Under the pieces are notes generated by a model, which saw only the letters and a program-made list of their open reading frames with translations, did no database searches and had not been told where the DNA came from. Positions 37,659 to 46,784 of a stretch of DNA of 64,000 nt are shown in pieces. Each line of letters begins with the position of its first letter. Position 1 is the stretch's first letter. Source of the DNA: Synergistota bacterium (lineage in GTDB: Bacteria > Synergistota > GBS-1); assembly GCA_025060595.1 (NCBI GenBank), contig JANXBX010000001.1, forward strand, positions 185,696 to 249,695. The letters are read 5' to 3'. The position numbers and the translations under genes were made by a program.

Positions 37659-38526
37659 AATGTATAAAGGTGTAATTTTTGTCGGAGGAGGAAAGGGCGC
37701 CTTAAGTTTGCTCAAGCAATTTAAAAAACTAAACCTAAATATATCTGGAGTAATGGATGTAAGACCAGATGCTCCAGCGGTACTCGAAGCTAAAAAATAT
37801 GGCATATTCACAACTACTAAGCTAGATGAGCTTTTGTCCCGTCCTCATGACCTAATAATAGAAGTAACTGGAAAAGAAGAGGTAGTAGAAGAAGTGGAAA
37901 GAAAAAGAGCGCCTCACGTAAGCTTGATTAAATCAAAAGATGCAAGATTCATATGGGATATAATAGAGCGCGAAGAGAAAGAAAAGGAGCTATTAATAGA
38001 GCAAATAAAACTTCTAAGCGAAACAAAAGGAAGTATAGAATACTCTCTACCAGCTGTTTTAAAACTTTCGGAAACGTTACCTAAAGAAACAGAGGAAGTT
38101 AAAAACGTATCTACATTTCTAACAAGCAGAATAGAAAATCTTATAAACGAAGCTGAAAAGCTCAACGGTATAATTAAATCTATACAAGGAATAGCAAAAC
38201 AGACTAAAATGATAGGTCTTAATGCATCCATTGAGGCAGCAAGAGCAGGAGAATTGGGTAGAGGCTTCGCCGTTGTCGCAAGCGAAGTAAGCAAACTTGC
38301 AGACCAAAGCTCAAGTTCAGCCGGTGAGATATCAAACACCTTAAACTATTTGAAACAAAATATATTATCTCTCAAAGATCCTGTAGAAAACATAAAAGAA
38401 ACCATTGAAAGATGCAATATCCTAGCAGAGGAACTTAAATCTACCGCAACTACACTAAAGAATGCCATAACAGCGCTTCTTCAAATAGAGGAAAAGCTTT
38501 TAACCTTGACCAGAAACGGAGCTTAA
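37648..38526 (+). CDS. Soluble protein with N-terminal Rossmann-like (GxGxxA) domain fused to a minimal methyl-accepting chemotaxis protein signalling domain
   Basis: Highly conserved MCP core [33 protein letters not shown]; N-terminus [10 protein letters not shown]...HDLIIEVTG resembles NAD(P)-binding folds; no TM segments; 292 aa. Confidence 0.65.
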   Translation: MINKMYKGVIFVGGGKGALSLLKQFKKLNLNISGVMDVRPDAPAVLEAKKYGIFTTTKLDELLSRPHDLIIEVTGKEEVVEEVERKRAPHVSLIKSKDARFIWDIIEREEKEKELLIEQIKLLSETKGSIEYSLPAVLKLSETLPKETEEVKNVSTFLTSRIENLINEAEKLNGIIKSIQGIAKQTKMIGLNASIEAARAGELGRGFAVVASEVSKLADQSSSSAGEISNTLNYLKQNILSLKDPVENIKETIERCNILAEELKSTATTLKNAITALLQIEEKLLTLTRNGA

Positions 38527-38544
38527 GGTAAAATAAGCGCAGGT

Positions 38545-38622
38545 CGGGGTGTAGCGCAGACTGGTTAGCGCGCCTGCTTCGGGAGCAGGAGGTCACCGGT
38601 TCGAGTCCGGTCACCCCGACCA
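38545..38622 (+). tRNA. tRNA-Pro (anticodon CGG)
   Basis: Cloverleaf folded by hand: acceptor CGGGGTG/CACCCCG, D-stem GCGC, anticodon stem CCTGC/GCAGG with loop TTCGGGA (anticodon CGG, G37), T-arm ACCGG-TTCGAGT-CCGGT, discriminator A, encoded CCA. Confidence 0.85.
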
Positions 38623-38627
38623 TGCTT

Positions 38628-39383
38628 TTAATAACAATCTACATAAATAGTGCTACCTTGAACAGAAACTACATTAATTGGTAGACCAGCTACCTTCAAG
38701 CTCTGGGCAACACTATTTACATCCCCAGAGTAGAGGAACTCTATGACCGCCTGTCCTCCACCATATGAGGTTATTCTGACGTTTCGAGCACCAGGAAATC
38801 CTCTAATCTTCTCATAAACGCTATTAACCAAGCCATAGTCAGAAGCACCCCTTAAAACAACACGAGCTATTCCAGAAAAATCCCCTGGTTGTTGAGCTCC
38901 TATTAAAAAGGAAGCAGCTTTTGACGCCGCATCTATAAGAGCCTTACGTTGTGCTTCTTCACCAGTATAACCAACCGCTTTAGCAGAAAAGGCTTGACTC
39001 AACAAAAAACGAGCATCCTTTGCCCTATAAGCTTGGATGGAAAGAGAAGCTGTAGCTGTGTATAAGTTAAACTCGTTTAAACGCGGCTCCTCAAGCTGAG
39101 CTCTACCTCTAACAAAATATGCGATATTATAGGTACTTCCTAACTTCATTATTGCTTCAGCATTACCTTGAAGAGCAAGTATAGCCGCTTGACTTTTCTT
39201 TATACTCTCAAGCTGATCCCTTTCAACCACATTATAACCCGCATTTATAAGGGCTTCCATAACTTTCGACTCAGCAAGAGAGTTATTAAATATAACCGCA
39301 ACTCTTCCATCCCTAGGAAGAGAAGCAAAGGCCTCCCCTACAAAAGCAAAAAGAAAAACTAAGAGGATTATTAGTCTTCTCAT
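38628..39383 (-). CDS. Exported protein with diverged CsgG-like N-terminal domain (operon gene 5 of 5)
   Basis: Sec signal peptide; RVAVIFNNS...NVVERDQLESI...GSTYNIAYFVRG pattern resembles the CsgG/LpoB-like fold; 1-nt overlap with the upstream gene. Confidence 0.5.
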   Translation of the reverse strand: MRRLIILLVFLFAFVGEAFASLPRDGRVAVIFNNSLAESKVMEALINAGYNVVERDQLESIKKSQAAILALQGNAEAIMKLGSTYNIAYFVRGRAQLEEPRLNEFNLYTATASLSIQAYRAKDARFLLSQAFSAKAVGYTGEEAQRKALIDAASKAASFLIGAQQPGDFSGIARVVLRGASDYGLVNSVYEKIRGFPGARNVRITSYGGGQAVIEFLYSGDVNSVAQSLKVAGLPINVVSVQGSTIYVDCY

Positions 39384-40786
39384 TACATAGCACCTACTTC
39401 CTTAAGCTTACTCTTTACAGGCTCATAGTTAGGATTAATAGTAAGCGCCTTTTTCCACCACTTTATTCCCTCGTCTTTCCTTCCCATTTCGTAATATACT
39501 CTGCCTAACCAATAGCAAGCTACATAGTTACCATTATAAGCATCAAAAGCAAGCTTATAGTTCTGAATTGCAAGAGAATAATTTCCCTTAGAATAATTGT
39601 AGTAACCAGCTTTGTGCAACCTTATAAGATTAGTTTTTAAACCTTGATCTATAGGCCATAGCTCTATTACCTCTATAGTTGTCCCCGTATTAAGTATGGA
39701 GCTACTCTGAGATGGTGGTGGAGGCGGTGGCGGCGGTGGTGGCTGAGTACCTCCTCCTTGCTGTGATGGCGGTTGTGAAGATGGCGGAGGTGGCGGAAGT
39801 ACACTTCCAGCAGAGCTTGGAGTAGTTTCAGGGCCAACTGTTAACCTTGGCCTTAGCTTTATATTCTCTATAGCAGAAGCATCAAATATTGGCTCGACTT
39901 TATCTCCTCTCATGACTCCCTTACCCTTGATTACACTTGCTATGGAATATTGGGGGAAAACCTCCTCAACTTGAAGAATAGCTATATAATACTTTTCAAC
40001 ACCAAGAAGCTCTCCTCTAATGCCACGTATAGGCTCACCCTCGATATAAACTGCAAAATAACTTCCAACCGTTACACCCGCATTAGCTTCTCCTGCATCT
40101 ATATAAACTCTGTTCCCCTCATCCCTTATCACATGATATATCATTTTCCCACCACGTGCTCTCATGGCCCCGATTTTTTTAACTATCTTTTCTATACATT
40201 GACGTGTAGCAGCAGCAAGTATTCCTTCCTCCTCGCTTTGGCCATACAGTAATCCCCCAAAGGCTATCCCACCAGCACTACGAGTAGCCTGACCTGTTTC
40301 TTTAGCCACAAGTAATATTTCACCAGTCTCCACACTTATCATTCTGATGTCTAAAGTAACATTAGCTTCTGACTCCCCTACAGCTATCCCGCCAAGCTGA
40401 GGAATAGGAATAATTCCTCCCTTTTTCTTCAAAGTAAATTGAGTTATGCTACCAGTTATAATAGCTTCGACTCCCAAAAGCTTCCCCAATTGAGCAGCAG
40501 TAGAAGCATCAACTAATCCCGCTTGAGCAAGCTTATGTTCCCTCGCGATCGCCTCTAAACGGCTTCTTTCTACTATAGAGAACATCTGCGTTTTCCAAAG
40601 CTCGGTTATAAACATATCAGTTATCGCTCTTCTCACAGCTTCAACCTGGGAACTTTCAGGTCCTGTTACATTATTACTAAAATCTACAACAGCGATTCTC
40701 ATTTTATCAGAAGCTCCAAAAGCAACGGAAACCAAACAACACAGTACGCTAAAAATAATAATCACCCATAAACCAAATTTCTTCAT
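39383..40786 (-). CDS. CsgG-family exported protein with poly-proline linker and C-terminal TPR repeats (operon gene 4 of 5)
   Basis: Signal peptide. RIAVVDFSNN...SIVERSRLEAIAREHKLAQAGLVD...GKLLGVEAIITGSI...DIRMISVETGEIL matches the CsgG Pfam pattern. PPPPPSSQPPSQQGGGTQPPPPPPPPPP tract, then TPR-like YYEMGRKDEGIKWWKKALTINPNY. Confidence 0.7.
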   Translation of the reverse strand: MKKFGLWVIIIFSVLCCLVSVAFGASDKMRIAVVDFSNNVTGPESSQVEAVRRAITDMFITELWKTQMFSIVERSRLEAIAREHKLAQAGLVDASTAAQLGKLLGVEAIITGSITQFTLKKKGGIIPIPQLGGIAVGESEANVTLDIRMISVETGEILLVAKETGQATRSAGGIAFGGLLYGQSEEEGILAAATRQCIEKIVKKIGAMRARGGKMIYHVIRDEGNRVYIDAGEANAGVTVGSYFAVYIEGEPIRGIRGELLGVEKYYIAILQVEEVFPQYSIASVIKGKGVMRGDKVEPIFDASAIENIKLRPRLTVGPETTPSSAGSVLPPPPPSSQPPSQQGGGTQPPPPPPPPPPSQSSSILNTGTTIEVIELWPIDQGLKTNLIRLHKAGYYNYSKGNYSLAIQNYKLAFDAYNGNYVACYWLGRVYYEMGRKDEGIKWWKKALTINPNYEPVKSKLKEVGAM

Positions 40787-40804
40787 AACCGTTACCCTCC
40801 CCTC

Positions 40805-41251
40805 CTACTGAACCTCTACACTATACTCTAACAGTTCCTTTAAAGGTATCTTCAAAACTATTCTATAAAACTTTCCATCAAAAATTTCCTCAGTCACATA
40901 ACCTCCTCCAACTACACCCTTTATCTTCACACTTTTATACCCCTTAGGAAGAGGATAATTAAGCTGATATAAAAGAAAGAGAGCATTTCTTTGGGCTATT
41001 AACACTGCCGCTCTTCGGGCAAGAAGCTTAGCTTGTGCCTCCGTTTCATACTTTTCTGGAACCATTCCTATACCTTTTACAATAACCATCTTCTCTTCCC
41101 AGTCTATGCTACCCCATGGAAAACCTTCCAAGGCAAGATTACCCTCATTAAATCTTCTTAAAAGCTCAATGTCTACATTGTAAGGAACAGCATAGACTGG
41201 GAAAGAAAAAAATAAAAATAAAGGGAGAAGGGTAATAACTACCTTCTTCAA
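40805..41251 (-). CDS. LPP20/FlgP-like exported protein (operon gene 3 of 5)
   Basis: Signal peptide; AQAKLLARRAAVLIAQRNALFLL motif typical of the LPP20/FlgP family; 148 aa. Confidence 0.55.
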   Translation of the reverse strand: MKKVVITLLPLFLFFSFPVYAVPYNVDIELLRRFNEGNLALEGFPWGSIDWEEKMVIVKGIGMVPEKYETEAQAKLLARRAAVLIAQRNALFLLYQLNYPLPKGYKSVKIKGVVGGGYVTEEIFDGKFYRIVLKIPLKELLEYSVEVQ

Positions 41252-42396
41252 ATACCTCCCCCTCCTGGTTTTAACTTACAAATTATATTATTTGCTGTAA
41301 AGTTTACAATCTCCAAACCTAGCTCCTCAAGACGAACCGCTAAGTCTTCAGAATTACCTTCAAAATTAACATCCATTACAAGGTTACCATCGGTAAAGCT
41401 TCTCTGATATACCCCAACAACCCCCTTAAACTTCTCTATCTCACCTTTGATCTTACGAGCCTGAGTAAAGTTTATTCCTTCTACCCTAACCTGTATTGTC
41501 CTTCCAGCGATTCCCTTACCCGTCTGGCCAAGCATAGCATAGGCAACTTCATAAATGAGCTTCTTCGCTGCCTCAGTAGCAGCCTCCCTTAAGGCCTTCA
41601 TGGCAGCATCATCAACGCTTAAACCAATACTTCTAACAGAAGGTATAGCAACCCCTAATATCTTCCCGGTCTGGGTTATTATGGCCTCTATGCTAAGTTG
41701 AGCCTGAACTCCATAAAGTTTTTGACCTGAAACTACTTGAGATGTATAAGGAACCGCCATAGCCTTACCGGATATAACCACATCGGCATCATGTCTTTTA
41801 GCAAGCTCTATCAATCTAGATTTGTCTCCGGTCAAGGCTGCTTCTGTTGCTTCTCTACGCCTGTTAACGTCCACCTGACCAGGATCAACTATATGATATC
41901 CAGCATTTTGAAAGATACTTAATATAGTAGACTCACTAACTGAGAGAAAAGGGGTTTTCCCATCTATGTTTTCAGCTATACAAACCATTAAAACTGGATT
42001 ACCCAAGGTATCAATGACCACAGGTCCTAAAACATCGTTTAACTTAGTTAAGGCAACTGTCGCTTTCATTTTAACTTTTATCATCCCGTCTTCTTCCCAT
42101 CTACTAAGGACCTTATAGTCAGTGACGAGCCCCTTAGACTGAGCCATAACTTTATCTCTTATAACCTGAAAGTTTTCCATTTCCGTTATTCCTTGAATTA
42201 AAACCCCCAACCCTTGCTCTATAGCATTTCTAAAAGCATCCCTTTTCGCCTCTTCAAAGGCCCTGTTTTTATCTCCCCCTATAATAGCCCCTACTCCCTC
42301 TACATCAAGCGTAACACTACCTTTTTCTTGCCCAACTACCACAAACGGACAAGCTAACAGAAGTGATAATAAAAGAAAAGGTAGTAAGAGCCTCAT
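41248..42396 (-). CDS. Multidomain lipoprotein: LPP20/FlgP-like N-domain + CsgG-like middle domain + C-terminal domain (operon gene 2 of 5)
   Basis: Lipobox LLLAC; GGDKNRAFEEAKRDAFRNAIEQGLGVLIQGITEMENFQV (LPP20-like), then VLMVCIAENIDGK...GYHIVDPGQVD...HDADVVISG (CsgG-like). Confidence 0.55.
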   Translation of the reverse strand: MRLLLPFLLLSLLLACPFVVVGQEKGSVTLDVEGVGAIIGGDKNRAFEEAKRDAFRNAIEQGLGVLIQGITEMENFQVIRDKVMAQSKGLVTDYKVLSRWEEDGMIKVKMKATVALTKLNDVLGPVVIDTLGNPVLMVCIAENIDGKTPFLSVSESTILSIFQNAGYHIVDPGQVDVNRRREATEAALTGDKSRLIELAKRHDADVVISGKAMAVPYTSQVVSGQKLYGVQAQLSIEAIITQTGKILGVAIPSVRSIGLSVDDAAMKALREAATEAAKKLIYEVAYAMLGQTGKGIAGRTIQVRVEGINFTQARKIKGEIEKFKGVVGVYQRSFTDGNLVMDVNFEGNSEDLAVRLEELGLEIVNFTANNIICKLKPGGGGI

Positions 42397-42402
42397 TCAG
42401 GC

Positions 42403-43245
42403 TCACCTTTTCACCACTATAACATTGCAAGCGGCTCTAAAGTCATAGTTATTATTTCTTATAGCATCTGCATCCTTCTGAGAAATAACCACATCTACAT
42501 TATTAGGAGAAACGGTTTGAACAGCCTTAGCCACAAGAGGCCTAGGACCCACCCTTGGATCGCCCGTTGCCCAGTTTATGTTAGTTTGATAGGCGGCCAT
42601 ACCGCTTGCCATGAACCTTTCCCTATCAACATGCTGAAGAGAGTAAACTTCCTTTCCATTGGGATCCAAAATTCTAAAGGTAGTAGCAGGAATCAAAGGC
42701 ACTTCACGCGCATCAAGAACAAGCCCAGTGTAGTTCGCCTTAGGTGGGGGTGGTGATACCGGTTTGGATTGGATACCCATGGTATCAGCAACAATCTTCC
42801 TCACTTTCTTAAGATATATTCTTCCCCAAACGGTGTAAATCTCCCCATCCCACTTTTCCCTAACTATCTCAACACCTTTAATCCATCCTTCCACTTCGCT
42901 TCTCACAACATCGCTTTTAACCATAAAGTTTTCCATAAGAGTCTGACTATCTATTCTAACTCCTTTTATAGTCTCGAGTAAGTTTCTCTGAAGGTCTAAA
43001 ATAGCTCCCCTCTTAGCTAGGAGTTTCCCTTGAGCTTTATTAACAGCAGTAGTCGGGGGAACAGCAGAACCCGAAGCCTCAACATAGTCCTCCGTCCAGT
43101 TAATGGTTCCGTGAGCCGTCTCTTCTATAACCTTTTCCATTTCAGCTCCCGCTTGAGCCTGAATTCCGGAAGATTGAGCGAAAGCCCCAAGTGCCATAAT
43201 CCCTAATCCTAAACATACCATTAGCCATCCTATGGGCTTCCTCAT
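42403..43245 (-). CDS. LPP20/FlgP-like exported protein with extra C-terminal domain (operon gene 1 of 5)
   Basis: Signal peptide; AVNKAQGKLLAKRGAILDLQRNLLETIKGVRIDSQTLMENFMV...DGEIYTVWGRI matches the LPP20/FlgP pattern. Confidence 0.55.
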   Translation of the reverse strand: MRKPIGWLMVCLGLGIMALGAFAQSSGIQAQAGAEMEKVIEETAHGTINWTEDYVEASGSAVPPTTAVNKAQGKLLAKRGAILDLQRNLLETIKGVRIDSQTLMENFMVKSDVVRSEVEGWIKGVEIVREKWDGEIYTVWGRIYLKKVRKIVADTMGIQSKPVSPPPPKANYTGLVLDAREVPLIPATTFRILDPNGKEVYSLQHVDRERFMASGMAAYQTNINWATGDPRVGPRPLVAKAVQTVSPNNVDVVISQKDADAIRNNNYDFRAACNVIVVKR

Positions 43246-43291
43246 ACTAGTCTCCTCCTCTCCAAATTTTTATAAATTTATTTTACCACAT

Positions 43292-44062
43292 TTACTTAAT
43301 TCTGAAAAACTTGTTAGCGTTTTCATAAGTCAGAAAAGCAAGCCTCTCCTTATTTTCACCCCTTGCTCTAGCTACCTCTTCAAGCACATACAAAAGATAG
43401 GAGGGCTCATTCCTTTCCCCTCTGTGAGGCCTAGGAGCTAAATAAGGGGAATCCGTTTCTATAAGAACTCTTTCAAGTGGAACTAACGATGCAGCTTTCC
43501 TTAAGTCATCTGCATTAGGAAAAGTTATTATGCCAGAGAAGGAAACGTAAAGTCCGAGAGATAACCCCTTTTCAAGATACTTCGTACCACCCGTATAACA
43601 GTGCAACACTCCTCCACCTTCAGGTAGACCTACATTTTCAATTATCGAAAAGGCATCCTCATGGGCATCCCTTACATGAATTATCACAGGCTTATTAACT
43701 TCCTTAGCTAAAGAAAGCTGGGCTTCGAAAACTTTCCTCTGAATCTCCCGAGGAGAGTTATCATAGTAATAATCAAGGCCCGTTTCCCCTAAGGCCACAA
43801 CCTTTGGATGAGAAAGAAGCCTCTTAAGGTTTAATATATCTTCCTCACGGAAAAGTTTCGCATCATGAGGATGAAAACCACAAGCAGCATAAGCACCATC
43901 CATACCTTCCACCATCTTCACTGCTCTCTCACTTGATGACAAGTCCCATCCTACTACAACCATTCTGTAGATTCCAGCCTTTTTAGCCTTTTCGTAAACT
44001 TCTCTCCAATCATCTTTAAAATGCTTCATATTAAGATGGCAATGGCTATCAAAGAGCCTCAT
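43292..44062 (-). CDS. tatD: TatD-family metal-dependent hydrolase (DNase)
   Basis: MRLFDSHCHLN N-terminus and conserved His/Asp/Glu pattern. Confidence 0.85.
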   Translation of the reverse strand: MRLFDSHCHLNMKHFKDDWREVYEKAKKAGIYRMVVVGWDLSSSERAVKMVEGMDGAYAACGFHPHDAKLFREEDILNLKRLLSHPKVVALGETGLDYYYDNSPREIQRKVFEAQLSLAKEVNKPVIIHVRDAHEDAFSIIENVGLPEGGGVLHCYTGGTKYLEKGLSLGLYVSFSGIITFPNADDLRKAASLVPLERVLIETDSPYLAPRPHRGERNEPSYLLYVLEEVARARGENKERLAFLTYENANKFFRIK

Positions 44063-44067
44063 TTTCT

Positions 44068-45954
44068 TTAAGTCACCTTACTTCCAGGCCCTACCTCTTT
44101 CTCTGGCCTAAGTATTACTGGCCTACCCTCCTTATCTATAGCAGCAAGAAGCATCCCATGAGAGATTATCCCTTTTATCTTCGCAGGCTCAAGATTAGCT
44201 ATAACAACTACTTCCTTGCCAACAAGATCCTCAGGGGAGTAAACTTCCGCTATCCCAGCAACTATAGTTCTTACCTCATCACCCACATCTATTTCAAGTT
44301 TAAGAAGCTTATCGGTTCTCGGCACTCTTTCCGCAGATATAACCCTAGCTATCCTCAAATCCATCCTCCTAAATTCCTCGATGCTTATAAACTCGGTCAT
44401 TTTTCTCTCCTCCTTTTTAGGTTCAACCACTGCCTCTTTTCTGGGGAAAAGTATCTCCCCAGGTTTAACTTTGATACCAACTGGAAACCTACCCCAAACT
44501 AAGGAGGAAAAACCGTGATCCTCTGGTTTTCCCTCCAAACCAAGCATTTTCCAAGCTTTAACACCGCTTTCGGGCATAAAGGGGGTCAGCATAACAACCA
44601 GAAACCTCAGTCCTTCAAGAACAGTATAGAGAATCCTTGATAGCCTCTTTTTATTACCCTCTTTAGCTAAAGACCAGGGAGATGTTTCGTCTATATACTT
44701 ATTAAGGCGAGATGAAAACGCGAAAATATCCCTTAAAGTTTTGTCGAAACCAAACTCATCCATATATTCCTTAGCCCTTCTTAAGGTTTCCTCAGCCAAG
44801 GAAGCCACTTCCCTATCAACTGGCTCTTCTTCCCCAGGTTCAGGAACGATGCCATCAAAAAATCTTTCAACCATGACTAAAGTTCTATTAAGAAGGTTAC
44901 CAAAGTTGTCAGCAAGGTCACCGTTAATCCTGTTTATGAAAGCATCATGTGAAAAATCCCCATCAAGGCCAAAGGGGACTTCCCTAAGTAAGAAGTACCT
45001 GAAGGAATCAACCCCATACTTATCCACTACCTCATTAGGATCTACTACATTACCCTTGGACTTCGACATCTTCTCCCCTTCAACCGTCCACCAACCATGC
45101 GCAAATACCATCTTTGGAGGATTAAGTCCAAGAGCCATGAGCATAGCAGGCCATATAACCGCATGGAATCTCAAGATATCTTTTCCAACAAGATGGTGAA
45201 CTACAGGCCAATATTTTTTAAGCTTCTCATCATCCTGAGTAAACCCCGCAACCGTAAGATAGTTTATAAGAGCATCGAACCAAACATATATCACATGAGA
45301 GGGATCTCCTGGGAAAGGTATACCCCACTTCACAGTTGTTCTTGTAACACTTATATCCTTTAACCCCATTTTTATAAAGCTATAAACCTCATTATATCGA
45401 GACTCCGGTTTGACACAATCAGGATTTTTCTCCATATGCTCAAGAAGCTTATTCTGATATTTAGAAAGCCTAAAAAAGTATGTTTCCTCGCTTACCCTTT
45501 CAACTTCTCTACCACAATCAGGGCATCTCCTTTCAGCCAGAAGCTGCGATTCACTCCAAAACGTTTCACAAAAAACACAGTACCACCCTTCATATACTCC
45601 CTTATATATATCTCCCGACTCTATCATACGTCTAAAAGCCTCTTGAACCACATTTTTATGTCTTTCTTCCGTGGTTCTTATAAAATCATCATAGCTTATG
45701 TTAAGCTTGACCCATAAGCTCTTAAAGTTTTCAACAACCTTATCGGCAAGCTCCTTTGGATGAAGAGCCTGCTTCTCAGCAGCCCTATGTATCTTCTGAC
45801 CATGTTCATCAGTCCCCGTACAAAATAAAACATCATAGCCATCCATCCTTTTCCAACGAGCCATGACATCCGCTGCTATAGTCGTATAGGCATGCCCTAT
45901 ATGAGGAACATCATTAACATAATAAATCGGAGTAGTTATATAAAATCTCTTCAA
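44068..45954 (-). CDS. metG: Methionine--tRNA ligase with C-terminal tRNA-binding (EMAP/Trbp111-like) domain
   Basis: HIGH (HIGHAYT) and KMSKS motifs, Zn-knuckle cysteines; 628 aa. Confidence 0.95.
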   Translation of the reverse strand: MKRFYITTPIYYVNDVPHIGHAYTTIAADVMARWKRMDGYDVLFCTGTDEHGQKIHRAAEKQALHPKELADKVVENFKSLWVKLNISYDDFIRTTEERHKNVVQEAFRRMIESGDIYKGVYEGWYCVFCETFWSESQLLAERRCPDCGREVERVSEETYFFRLSKYQNKLLEHMEKNPDCVKPESRYNEVYSFIKMGLKDISVTRTTVKWGIPFPGDPSHVIYVWFDALINYLTVAGFTQDDEKLKKYWPVVHHLVGKDILRFHAVIWPAMLMALGLNPPKMVFAHGWWTVEGEKMSKSKGNVVDPNEVVDKYGVDSFRYFLLREVPFGLDGDFSHDAFINRINGDLADNFGNLLNRTLVMVERFFDGIVPEPGEEEPVDREVASLAEETLRRAKEYMDEFGFDKTLRDIFAFSSRLNKYIDETSPWSLAKEGNKKRLSRILYTVLEGLRFLVVMLTPFMPESGVKAWKMLGLEGKPEDHGFSSLVWGRFPVGIKVKPGEILFPRKEAVVEPKKEERKMTEFISIEEFRRMDLRIARVISAERVPRTDKLLKLEIDVGDEVRTIVAGIAEVYSPEDLVGKEVVVIANLEPAKIKGIISHGMLLAAIDKEGRPVILRPEKEVGPGSKVT

Positions 45955-46784
45955 TCCTTATCCCCCCTTTTCAACTTCAAAACCATCTTATATATTTCCC
46001 TTTTAGGGAGCTTGATCTCCTCAGAAAGCTTCTTTACCACTTCCTTAGAAGTAAGTCCCTTTTTCAGGAGAGAAGTTATCCTTTCCTCAATGTTCTCCTT
46101 AACATCTCCCTTGCTAAGATTCTCATTACCTTCTACCACTAAAACGATCTCTCCCTTCAGATCCTTCGCCTTAGCTAAAAGCTCCGAAAGGTAGCCTCTT
46201 AAAGCTTCCTCATGAAGCTTGGTTATCTCTCTAACTAAACAAGCCTTTCTATCTCCTAACATTTCAAGTATATCACACAAGCTTTCATATATTCTATGAG
46301 GCGATTCATAAAACACCAAAGTAAAGGGAAGATCCCTAAGACCCTTTAGAGTCTTCAACCTCTTCCCCTTCTGAGAGGGAAGGAAACCATAGAATATAAA
46401 TGGATGAGGAGTTATCCCTGAAAGAAGGAGAGCAGGAACAAAAGCAGTTGGTCCAGGGAGAACTTCTATCTTAAAACCCTCCTCTATACAAAACTTTATC
46501 GCTTCAGCTCCTACATCAGATATTCCAGGAGTACCTGCATCGCTCACCAACGAAATACTTTTCCCTTCTGAAAGAAGCTCTTTAAGAAGAGGAATCCTTT
46601 TCTTCCAGTTATTCTTGTTATAACTATAAAGCTTTTTCCTTTCTATTCCATATTTATTAAGAAGTATTCGAGTTCTTCTTGTATCCTCAGCAAATATAAC
46701 GTCACATTCTTTTAAAATCCTTAAAACCCTTAAAGTTACGTCTTCAAGGTTACCTATTGGTGTCGGACATATAAATAGGGGCAT
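45951..46784 (-). CDS. rsmI: 16S rRNA (cytidine1402-2'-O)-methyltransferase RsmI
   Basis: Tetrapyrrole-methylase fold N-terminus MPLFICPTPIGNLEDVTLR. Confidence 0.85.
   Translation of the reverse strand: MPLFICPTPIGNLEDVTLRVLRILKECDVIFAEDTRRTRILLNKYGIERKKLYSYNKNNWKKRIPLLKELLSEGKSISLVSDAGTPGISDVGAEAIKFCIEEGFKIEVLPGPTAFVPALLLSGITPHPFIFYGFLPSQKGKRLKTLKGLRDLPFTLVFYESPHRIYESLCDILEMLGDRKACLVREITKLHEEALRGYLSELLAKAKDLKGEIVLVVEGNENLSKGDVKENIEERITSLLKKGLTSKEVVKKLSEEIKLPKREIYKMVLKLKRGDKD

Noticed and set aside
44158-46194. Plus-strand ORFs of 88-152 aa overlapping metG and rsmI
   Set aside because: Antisense to strongly supported genes, with no RBS or motifs; spurious.
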